64,000 nt of DNA from an uncultured Thiomicrospira sp. GTDB taxonomy: Bacteria; Pseudomonadota; Gammaproteobacteria; CAKMZV01. The notes under the pieces are model-generated. The model saw only the letters and a list, made by a program, of their open reading frames with translations. It had not been told where the DNA came from and made no database searches. Every line of letters begins with the position of its first letter. The first letter of the stretch is position 1. Positions 1 to 7,620 of this stretch are shown piece after piece. The DNA lies in contig OZ239628.1 in assembly GCA_965195345.1 (NCBI GenBank), forward strand, positions 1,408,001 through 1,472,000, read 5' to 3'. A program made the position numbers and the translations under genes.

Positions 1-1329
1 ATTATTCTCACGTAATAACAACCGATATTCTGCGCGCGAAGTAAACATACGATAAGGTTCTTTTGTTCCGTTTGTAATCAAATCATCCACCAAAACCCCA
101 AGATACGCTTCGTTTCGCTCTGGAACCCAACAATCTTGTTGCTTCACTTTAAGTGATGCATTTAAACCAGCTAACAAACCTTGTGCGGCGGCTTCTTCAT
201 AGCCTGTAGTACCATTGATTTGACCAGCAAAGAACAGTCCATCTATATTGATTAACTCAAGAGAATTTTTTAATTGCCTTGGATCAAAAAAATCGTATTC
301 AATTGCATAACCGGGCTGGGTAATAACTGCATTTTCTAATCCTTTTATAGAATGAAGCATACGCAATTGAATGTCTACTGGCAGGCTGGTTGATATTCCA
401 TTTGGATAAATATCATTTGAGTTCAATCCCTCAGGCTCGATGAATACTTGATGAGATTCTCGATCCGAAAAGCGTACCACCTTGTCTTCTATTGATGGGC
501 AGTATCTGGGGCCTACACCATCAATTTGTCCACTGTATATAGGCGATTGATTGAGGCTTTGTTGTATCAGTTCATGCGTTTGAATATTAGTATGAGTAAT
601 ATAACAACTTACTTGTTCAGGGTGATCATCCGCACTGCCAATAAACGAAAAAACTGGCCGAGGATTATCCCCAGCTTGCTCAGTCATCTGACTGAAATCA
701 ACGCTCCTTTTATCAATCCGTGGAGGCGTCCCAGTTTTTAATCGCCCAAATGACAAATTCAAATCACGCAAATAGTTAGCAAGAGTAATTGATGGTCTAT
801 CTCCAACCCTTCCAGCAGAGTGATTGTCAGAACCAAGGTGAATTTTTCCGTTCAAAAAAGTACCCGCAGTTAAAATCACGCATTGTGCAGTGAAAGTCAC
901 TTTCTCTTCGGTAACAACTCCTTTTATTTCATTATTTTTTATTATTAACTTTTCAACCGCCCCTTCAACGATTGTTAAATTTTCAGTTTCCTCAAGTGCA
1001 GAACGAATAAAATTTTTATAGAGTAGGCGATCAGTTTGCGCTCTGGTGGCTTGAACCGCTGTGCCTTTACTGGCATTTAAAGTGCGAAAGTGAATGCCTG
1101 CATGGTCAGCCGCACGCCCCATCAATCCACCCAGTGCATCGATTTCTTTAACCAAATGCCCCTTGCCAATACCGCCTATGGCTGGATTACAACTCATTTG
1201 TCCTATTGAATCAATTTTATGGGTTAGTAATAGAGTATTTATACCCATGCGCGCAGAGGCCGAGGCGGCCTCAGTTCCAGCGTGACCACCGCCAATAACA
1301 ATTGCTTGAAATTGATGTTTTTGAAGCAT
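1..1329 (-). CDS. mnmG: tRNA uridine-5-carboxymethylaminomethyl(34) synthesis enzyme MnmG/GidA (3' part runs off window start)
   Basis: Absent from the ORF track because there is no stop in the window. Manual translation from ATG 1329 gives [29 protein letters not shown]...[24 protein letters not shown], later [11 protein letters not shown] and [17 protein letters not shown], all MnmG signatures. Confidence 0.97.
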   Translation of the reverse strand, partial: MLQKHQFQAIVIGGGHAGTEAASASARMGINTLLLTHKIDSIGQMSCNPAIGGIGKGHLVKEIDALGGLMGRAADHAGIHFRTLNASKGTAVQATRAQTDRLLYKNFIRSALEETENLTIVEGAVEKLIIKNNEIKGVVTEEKVTFTAQCVILTAGTFLNGKIHLGSDNHSAGRVGDRPSITLANYLRDLNLSFGRLKTGTPPRIDKRSVDFSQMTEQAGDNPRPVFSFIGSADDHPEQVSCYITHTNIQTHELIQQSLNQSPIYSGQIDGVGPRYCPSIEDKVVRFSDRESHQVFIEPEGLNSNDIYPNGISTSLPVDIQLRMLHSIKGLENAVITQPGYAIEYDFFDPRQLKNSLELINIDGLFFAGQINGTTGYEEAAAQGLLAGLNASLKVKQQDCWVPERNEAYLGVLVDDLITNGTKEPYRMFTSRAEYRLLLRENN

Positions 1330-1418
1330 ATTAAAATTATATTAGGCGTATGTAATTAAGAGGTCAAATTATACTTTTATTTCCTCTTATTTACGAGGGT
1401 TTAGATGCACCTACCTTT

Positions 1419-1715
1419 TCAGAAATAGCACTTCATTAAATTACGATGATACCCATCTGGACGCTCCACTTTAAGTATTGCATAGGACTTTGACAATTTA
1501 AATGCACCTATTAGTGCACCGATACAAAAGCCTAATGCAAAAGCGATGCCATAAGGATTAACTGGGAAAGCGAGTAACTTGCATACTACACCAGTAAATA
1601 ATCCCAACAAAGCACCACCAAATAGCCCTGATATAAATGTAATAACTCCTAATTCTTCGACTAAACAGTTATTAAAAACGGAGGAGAATTTTTTTAATAA
1701 ATGACTTTGAGGCAT
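1419..1715 (-). pseudogene. TIGR03750/DUF3487-like ICE conjugal transfer membrane protein, probably degenerate or truncated
   Basis: The pattern SVFNNC..EELGVI, two hydrophobic helices, then LKVERPDGY resembles the family pattern PVIFxGC..ELG...KRxRPDGY. It lies downstream of a RAQPRD-like gene, as in PFGI-1-type ICEs. Confidence 0.6.
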
Positions 1716-1717
1716 TT

Positions 1718-2047
1718 TTAAACAATTTCGTCTAAATAGCCATAGCCAACATAAGCAATGATAACAATATGCAGTGGCGAAATATCTCGAGGTTTTGAGC
1801 GAACATCGTCCAAATACTGACGTATGCCTTCATCGATCAAAATTAAATCAGATTGAAGCGACTTAAAGTCAAACTGTCTTTGCGATTGATCTGATTTTGC
1901 TGTTTGTGAGAACTCTTCAACTCTTTGAATTAAGTGACAAATATCCTTTCAAAGATACCTGATACTTTCTTTTGTATCGACCTTAAGCGCTGAAGTGGTC
2001 AAACAAAACACTATAAAGAGTTGTATGTTTAGTATGTGTTTTAGCAT
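1718..2047 (-). pseudogene. RAQPRD-family (TIGR01690-like) ICE protein with an in-frame stop
   Basis: Manual translation: MLKHILNIQLFIVFCLTTSALKVDTKESIRYL*KDICHLIQRVEEFSQTAKSDQSQRQFDFKSLQSDLILIDEGIRQYLDDVRSKPRDISPL... It has a signal-peptide-like start and an FD(F/Y)xxLxxDLxxIxxGIxxYL..RSKPRD motif. TGA at 1951-1949. Confidence 0.72.
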
Positions 2048-2125
2048 GGTGACATACTATACAATCTCGAAAACGCAGAAACTAAAAGATCAATGTTTTA
2101 GTATTGGAAAAGTGTAGATGCACCC

Positions 2126-2375
2126 AACACATCAGGTTTATCGCGTTTAATACGCCGCTTAGGTTTGATTCGTAGTTTGGCGCGCCATTTATAGAATTGA
2201 GCCAAATTCATCCCATGTTCTCGATACAATTCGAGAACAAGTATGCCTGCTTGATCTTATTTGAGTATTGCCAATATTTAACTGTCTGAATATCTTGATT
2301 TGCGCATAGAAAACTTCTATCTTGCTATTGTAGAATTTTCTACTCATCCCACAACTTCTTCTTTTGGGCATTACA
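2126..2375 (-). mobile_element. IS3-family insertion sequence remnant (left end, inactivated orfA fused to an orfB fragment)
   Basis: IS3-like end TGTAATGCCC at 2375. The frame from ATG 2307 reads MRKSRYSDS*ILAILK*DQAGILVLELYREHGMNLAQFYKWRAK (OrfA HTH, two TAA stops), joined at about 2176 to LRIKPKRRIKRDKPD (an OrfB motif). Confidence 0.85.
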
Positions 2376-2440
2376 ATTTGTTCGTTCGTTTGCTAAAGCA
2401 TGAATTACTTGTACTGCTCATTTTCCATCTTAACTCGTAT

Positions 2441-2510
2441 ACCTAACGCTTGAGCCCATCTTGCATTTTGCAGCGTAGTGGAAAATGTCAGGTGCAGAGA
2501 TTTCCTATGC
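2441..2510 (-). repeat. Degenerate integron attC site (single, no integrase nearby)
   Basis: Minus strand reads GCATAGG-AAATC-TCTGCACC-TGACATTTTCCACTACGCTGCAAAATGCAA-GATGGGC-TCAAGC-GTTAGGT. It has a perfect R' core (GTTRRRY), canonical R/L box spacing and an imperfect inner hairpin. The R'' box has lost its AAC and overlaps the endonuclease stop codon. Confidence 0.62.
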
Positions 2511-3218
2511 GTTTTTTAGCCTTTTTATCTCAACTTTAATTTTTTCTAAAACATCTTCATTAACAATTTTTTTTGTATTTCCTGTTCGTTTTGAAAATAC
2601 AACAAATACTTTGCCACCAAATTTTTTTTCAAAATTTTGAAAACTTGCACTCATTCTATCTGTTATATCATAATTCCCGAAATTTGCATTTGCGGTAATT
2701 GGCTTAATTTGTATTCCGAAAGCTTTATTACCAATTTTCCCGATGTAATCAATATCACCAGCGTGATCAAGCTCGGGGTCACTTTCTTCAAATTCAACTT
2801 CAGGAAATATTTTAGAAAGCCCGTCATTAATTACTGATTTTTCAAGTAAAAACCCATCATAAGTGCGTGCAATCGTAACTTCATAAATGTAATCTTTACA
2901 ATCTTGTAACGTTAATTCTTTAAAAGCTTCTGTCCATTCTGGGATAACTACTTCCGTAACCTTTGCATATAATCTTTCTCCAAGTTCTTCTAATGTTTCC
3001 TTTGTTACTTTGACACTATCTTTCTTCTTGGTATATGCTTTTTCAAAATAGAATTTTTCCCATTCATCAAGTGCTTTTGGTTGACAGTCTCTAATTAATG
3101 CCATAACGGCACCAACTTTATTTGGCCTTGTAAGTTGGTAGGTATTACTTGTATAATTTAGTACTTTTTCCTTTTTTCCAAAAGGTTTTGCGTATTTTTT
3201 AATTTGTTTTTTACTCAT
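2505..3218 (-). CDS. MjaI-family type II restriction endonuclease
   Basis: 237 aa with N-terminal LTRPNKVGAVMALIRDCQP..EWEKFY and a PD-(D/E)xK-type centre DIDYIG...GIQIKP. It is in an operon with a DNA methyltransferase. Confidence 0.82.
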   Translation of the reverse strand: MSKKQIKKYAKPFGKKEKVLNYTSNTYQLTRPNKVGAVMALIRDCQPKALDEWEKFYFEKAYTKKKDSVKVTKETLEELGERLYAKVTEVVIPEWTEAFKELTLQDCKDYIYEVTIARTYDGFLLEKSVINDGLSKIFPEVEFEESDPELDHAGDIDYIGKIGNKAFGIQIKPITANANFGNYDITDRMSASFQNFEKKFGGKVFVVFSKRTGNTKKIVNEDVLEKIKVEIKRLKNA

Positions 3219-3535
3219 CTTTTATTATCCCAGTTTTGTTGTAAAGCATTTGCTCTTCTTCTCACTCCTTTTGCTCTAGTGTTTAACTGATTTATTACTC
3301 TATTTAATTCTTGTTCATTTATGATAATCCAATAACCTTTTCTAAACATTAAACTGCCTATTAAAGAACCATGATTAAAAATCATATCTCGTATTAAATC
3401 TCTGACATGCTCATTTGTTGGGCCACCACTATCTAAATTTAAAGCATTTCGTATTTCCGTAGAAGATTTTCTATTGTCATAACCAACTGCATGCCGATTT
3501 AAGTAGCGTAGTATTTCCTGTTGTTCTTCATTCAT
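3215..3535 (-). CDS. Hypothetical small basic protein, winged-helix-like with a C-terminal amphipathic helix
   Basis: 106-aa ORF with 4-nt ATGA-type overlaps to both neighbours. Helix-turn-helix-like segment KSSTEIRNALNL...EHVRDLIRDM, followed by a GYWII wing. Confidence 0.7.
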   Translation of the reverse strand: MNEEQQEILRYLNRHAVGYDNRKSSTEIRNALNLDSGGPTNEHVRDLIRDMIFNHGSLIGSLMFRKGYWIIINEQELNRVINQLNTRAKGVRRRANALQQNWDNKR

Positions 3536-4824
3536 AATTGGGCTTCTTTAGAATAATTTACAAATCGGTCTTTATTTTTAAAATTTATGGTCTTGTCCAC
3601 ATCTGCAAAACCATTTTTTATTAGATGAGCATTGAGAAATGTTTTATTTTTTAAATACAAATAAACGAGAAGATTATTTTCTTCATCGTGTTTGGTTTCA
3701 TCATATTTTAAAAATACTTTTTGTCCTTTTGTTTTAAGTTTCAAAAACTCAATAGCTTTGCCGTTGGCTTCCTTTTTTTCTTTAACCCCAATTAGTCGGA
3801 CGATTAAATCATTATTTAATTTTATCAATTCAGGGCTTATTATTTCTTTTACCGAAAAATAGTCTTCTCGTTTGGTTGAACCATTTTGGTCAATTTTAGA
3901 ACCAAATTGTAATTTTTTAGGGTCTATTTTTTTGTCAAATTTATGAAAGTCTTTGAAAATATACGGAAATTTTTCTATCTCACTTTTAAAATCAACATCT
4001 AATTGCTCTTGTTTTAAAAATTTATAATCTAATTTATTAAATATTCCACCTTGATTTATTTCTAATTTTCTTTCAATATAAGGGATAAATTCAGGATTTA
4101 TTTCATATCCAACTGAATTTCGGTTTAAATTTCTTGCGGCGAGTGAAGTCGTTCCACTTCCAAGAAATGGATCAAGAACAGTATCTCCAACAAATGAAAA
4201 CATTTTTATTAATCTTTTTGGCAATTCCTCTGGGAACATTGCTATATGCCCATCTTGTCTAACTCCACCAAAGTCCCAATGACCATCAAAATATGTTTTC
4301 CACTCTTCTTTGGTCATTTTGGATCGCTCTTTTAGTTCTCTATTTGGTTTTATAGGAGTTCCAAGTTTTTTAAACAATAGAATAAATTCGTAATTAATTG
4401 ATAGAATGCCGTTTCTTGGCGTTGGATAACTACCCATCAAAGAAGCCCCACCAGTTGTATTTGAAGTTGTTTTTTTTCTCCATATGATAGCTCCCATATA
4501 GTCAAAGCCAATAGCTTCACAGAATTTTATTATTTCTGTTCTGATTGGTATTACTTTATATCTACCATAATAAACAGCTCTTGCGAATTGATCACCGATA
4601 TTAACGCATAAACGACACCCATTATTTAAAACTCTGTAACTTTCTTTCCAAACAAGATTTAAGTTGTTAATATATTCTTCATAACTGTCGTTATATCCAA
4701 TTTGAGTTTCTGTTCCGTAATCTTTTAATTGCCAATATGGCGGTGAAGTTATAACCAAATCAACCGACTTATTTTTCAATTCAGCCATACTACGGCTGTC
4801 TCCATTTATAATTTTATGTCTCAT
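3532..4824 (-). CDS. Site-specific DNA methyltransferase (N4-C/N6-A, beta class) with a C-terminal thermonuclease (SNase)-like domain
   Basis: Catalytic motif TSPPYW precedes the SAM motif VLDPFLGSGTT, with HIAMFPEELPKRLIK between them. The C-terminal ~110 aa (IVRLIGV...KAIEFLK...GQKVFLKYD...LLVYLY...FLNAHLIKNGFA) follow the SNase fold pattern. Confidence 0.92.
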   Translation of the reverse strand: MRHKIINGDSRSMAELKNKSVDLVITSPPYWQLKDYGTETQIGYNDSYEEYINNLNLVWKESYRVLNNGCRLCVNIGDQFARAVYYGRYKVIPIRTEIIKFCEAIGFDYMGAIIWRKKTTSNTTGGASLMGSYPTPRNGILSINYEFILLFKKLGTPIKPNRELKERSKMTKEEWKTYFDGHWDFGGVRQDGHIAMFPEELPKRLIKMFSFVGDTVLDPFLGSGTTSLAARNLNRNSVGYEINPEFIPYIERKLEINQGGIFNKLDYKFLKQEQLDVDFKSEIEKFPYIFKDFHKFDKKIDPKKLQFGSKIDQNGSTKREDYFSVKEIISPELIKLNNDLIVRLIGVKEKKEANGKAIEFLKLKTKGQKVFLKYDETKHDEENNLLVYLYLKNKTFLNAHLIKNGFADVDKTINFKNKDRFVNYSKEAQL

Positions 4825-5123
4825 TTTAAAATCTATTCTTTCTTCGTCTTTATTTATCCCGTCTTTACATTTAAAGATTAATCATCGCACTTATTTTACT
4901 ATTATTGTTTGTTATACGCGCTTTAGAAAAAGTCATTGAAGGCGGGGGGAACCTGCCTCTATTCTTTGAGATAATGGTACTGAATATATTGTATACCACA
5001 CCTTAGCCGTCACACTTAAAAGTAGAGGTTTCTCCTGTTAAGTTATAACAACGACGCGACTGTTTTACCATAATTCATTGTATCTAGTCAGTAAAGGTAG
5101 GCTAGGTACTAATTAATATGGCC

Positions 5124-5384
5124 TTATAGATACTTCTTAAACCATTTCCCCATCATATACACACTAATCCCTACAAGCGTATATGCAGGTATAAAAAACC
5201 ATAATGGATTCACCGATACTGGTGAAGAGAGGTACAAGAACATAATCAAATAAATGGACCGAGGTCGAGCAATATGCTTATTGATGTGAAATAGCCATGC
5301 AGATTCTCTGCTTTTAGCATAACGTCTCAATGTCCTCTCGACTAAGCCGTCTGCAAATGCCACTACGACTAGCGGCTTGTACAA
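5124..5384 (-). pseudogene. TIGR03747/DUF4400 ICE membrane protein, C-terminal fragment
   Basis: DGLVERTLRRYAKSRESAWLFH...LYLSSPVSVNP...FKKYL matches the characteristic C-terminus of the family (DGLVRRDLRR..GRES..YH...YLxxPxSxxP...FKKYL). The N-terminal two thirds are missing. Confidence 0.8.
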
Positions 5385-5480
5385 TATCCAATATTACTGG
5401 CTTCACACAGCGAGATTTTCAGCGCATTAACATTCTCATTTTATATTTACTGGAATAACTCTATAAACCGACTACAGCCG

Positions 5481-6596
5481 TTAAATTTCTTGTTGCGTGG
5501 CGCAGTGAACACTGCCACCACCCGATGCAATGCCATCAATAGAAATTTGTTCAACAACGCGACTTGGAAATGCTTTTTCCAATACCTTCTTGGCCTGAAG
5601 ATCAACGAACTCATCACCAAATTTCTGCATAATAATGGCGCCATTACAAACGTAATAGCCAATATATCCTGCCGCAAAATCTCTTATGCCAAAATCTTCA
5701 TTAACAATCGAGGGAGTGTCTAATATCAATAATTTCAAAGGAACCCCGTCAGCATCTGTGCTGCGACGTAATATTGCTATATTTTCTCTGGTGACTTGAT
5801 AATCAAAAAAGTCTGGATCATTTTCTCTACTTACCGCTACTACTCCTTTGCGGACAAAGCGGGCATAAAAGTCAGTGTGTCCATCTGTAATGTCTTTTCC
5901 TTTAATACCTTCAAGCCATATTATTTTTCGCAAGCCGAGTAACTCTTTTAACTCATTTTCTATTTCATCTTGAGAATAAGCGGGATTGCGATTATCATTC
6001 AACACGCAACTCTTAGAAATTATGGCACTACCGTGACCGTCAACTTCAAAGCAACCTCCTTCTAATGTAAGGCGACTTTTTTGTAAAATTGCACCTACGC
6101 GCTTAGTAATAAACGCAGCAACTTTTTCGTCTTTTTTATGCTCTTGCTTGTTTCCCCAACCATTGAAATTAAAATCAATACCGACCTTTTCTCCTTTATT
6201 ATTTCTCACAAAAGTTGGTCCTATGTCACGCAACCATAAATCATCAATTGGAAATGGAATGAGCTCAATAGAATAGCGTCGCTTTTCTAAACTGCGCAAC
6301 ATCTCTGCTGCTTCTTGATACTCATGTTTATTAACAAGCATAGCGACTGGTTCGTATTTTGCAATAGTATCCGCCACGTGGATAAGATCTTTTTTTACCT
6401 GAGGGATTTGCTTTGTTGACCAGATATAGTCATTAGCAACAAATGCCATCCATGTCCTGCGATGTGGACCACTCTCTTCAGGCATGACTAACTTTATATT
6501 CTTCTTGTGCTGTGTGGAAATGTTAGAAGCGAAGGATTGAGCCCCAAACAGCATCAATGCAGAAGACATTTTTATAAATTTTCTTCTTTCAATCAT
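5481..6596 (-). CDS. aguA: Agmatine deiminase family protein with Tat signal peptide
   Basis: Motifs MPEES.PH..TWM, DLWLRDIGP, LEGG, DITDGHTD and GGGSVHCATQQ (catalytic Cys). The N-terminus ERRKFIK is a twin-arginine motif. Confidence 0.9.
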   Translation of the reverse strand: MIERRKFIKMSSALMLFGAQSFASNISTQHKKNIKLVMPEESGPHRRTWMAFVANDYIWSTKQIPQVKKDLIHVADTIAKYEPVAMLVNKHEYQEAAEMLRSLEKRRYSIELIPFPIDDLWLRDIGPTFVRNNKGEKVGIDFNFNGWGNKQEHKKDEKVAAFITKRVGAILQKSRLTLEGGCFEVDGHGSAIISKSCVLNDNRNPAYSQDEIENELKELLGLRKIIWLEGIKGKDITDGHTDFYARFVRKGVVAVSRENDPDFFDYQVTRENIAILRRSTDADGVPLKLLILDTPSIVNEDFGIRDFAAGYIGYYVCNGAIIMQKFGDEFVDLQAKKVLEKAFPSRVVEQISIDGIASGGGSVHCATQQEI

Positions 6597-6628
6597 ATGA
6601 ATCCATGCATTAATAAATGAGCCTATTT

Positions 6629-7246
6629 TTAGGCGTAGTCCTCCATCGACTTCAGCACGCTTTCTATTGAACAGCGGGCACCTGTTTGCAAGTATTCCAT
6701 TGCGCGAAGTGATGCTTCATGTGCTTCTATACTTGAACCTGCCACACAATCCTCAACGACTCGACAAAAATAATCCGACTGATGCCCATCTACAAAAGTA
6801 TAGTGTACGCACACATCCGTTAACGCGCCACACAATATTAAAGTGTTTACTTTTAAACCTTTTAGGAGAATTTCAAAATCTGTGCCGAAAAATGCCGAGT
6901 AACGTCTTTTTTTAACCAGATAATCGGTGGGCAAAAAACCCATCTGTTTTTCAGCAATTTGGGTGCCTTCACAATTATCGAGACAATGTACATCTTCTGC
7001 TCCATCTAACTCACGACCAAAATCAACTAAATTTGAGCGATGAATTTCTTGAATGAAGATGATGGGAATATCATTCTCTCGCGCCGTATCAATAAGCTTT
7101 CGTGACAGTAACATTCGTTCAGCAAAACCCTCCATAGTAGGAATTGCCTCACCTTCTCGACTTTGAAAACTATCCTTTTGAATATCGATAATAATTAATG
7201 CAGGAGTGCCTTCGATTAAATTACGTTTTATTTTCTTTTGAGTCAT
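6629..7246 (-). CDS. Isochorismatase-family cysteine hydrolase
   Basis: ALIIIDIQKD, KRRYSAFFGT and GALTDVCVHYT give the Asp-Lys-Cys triad. Confidence 0.9.
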   Translation of the reverse strand: MTQKKIKRNLIEGTPALIIIDIQKDSFQSREGEAIPTMEGFAERMLLSRKLIDTARENDIPIIFIQEIHRSNLVDFGRELDGAEDVHCLDNCEGTQIAEKQMGFLPTDYLVKKRRYSAFFGTDFEILLKGLKVNTLILCGALTDVCVHYTFVDGHQSDYFCRVVEDCVAGSSIEAHEASLRAMEYLQTGARCSIESVLKSMEDYA

Positions 7247-7620
7247 GACATCAAAATATCGTGCGGTTTTACAAAATTAATTAAGTGAACCACATTCCTT
7301 TCTAGTGCACTTTAGCGTATTCTACTTACTGGTAGATAGTGTTGCGTAACTATAGCATCTTACTATCCGTATCGTTATCCGATAGAATTCTCTCAGTATA
7401 TTAGAAAATATATGGTTAAATAATGAATCGACATTTAATCAAATTATTATGTACTATTGTCGAAAATAGGAGATATAATTTTTATCAATGGGTCTCATAG
7501 ATTATTTTCATTTAAAAATGAATTCTTAGATAAAATTATCGACCTGTTCACTTACTCTTAAGGACGTGAATATGAAAATGAGACATTCGTAAAACTTAAT
7601 TTACCGAGAAAATAGCAACT

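Larger units (their letters stand above)
1419..5384 (-). mobile_element. Decayed PFGI-1/pKLC102-type ICE remnant carrying R-M cargo
   Basis: Three ICE backbone remnants lie in native order and orientation (TIGR03747, cargo, RAQPRD, TIGR03750). No integrase, relaxase or VirB4-like gene is left in the window. Confidence 0.7.

Noticed and set aside
526-1285. Short + strand ORFs 526-741 and 1094-1285, and the many other 60-165 aa ORFs nested in or antisense to long genes across the window
   Set aside because: They are shadow frames of well-supported genes and have no recognisable motifs.
1330-1420. oriC upstream of mnmG/gidA, as in enterobacteria and vibrios
   Set aside because: No TTATCCACA-type DnaA boxes or GATC cluster are visible in this short spacer.
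1949-1951. TGA read-through or an alternative genetic code in the RAQPRD-like gene
   Set aside because: TGA ends ordinary genes in this window (for example trmJ, gloB, nagZ), and the surrounding elements are decayed, so a nonsense mutation is the simpler explanation.
2122-2165. Second attC site (ACCTAAG...GTTGGGT on the minus strand)
   Set aside because: It has no internal hairpin or L boxes, and the sequence is explained as IS3 orfB coding sequence (KPKRRIKRDKPDVL).
2189-2371. 60-aa ORF in the ORF track
   Set aside because: It is an off-frame shadow of the IS3 remnant.
4920-4990. Possible umuD/LexA-like fragment (VPLSQRIEAGSP, resembling AGFPSP) upstream of the MTase
   Set aside because: The match is too short and needs frameshifts, and no SOS box was found. 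It cannot be supported without a search.
5040-5052. GTTATAAC as the 5' boundary of the R-M cassette
   Set aside because: There is no attC or attI structure upstream and it is not complementary to the degenerate R'' box.
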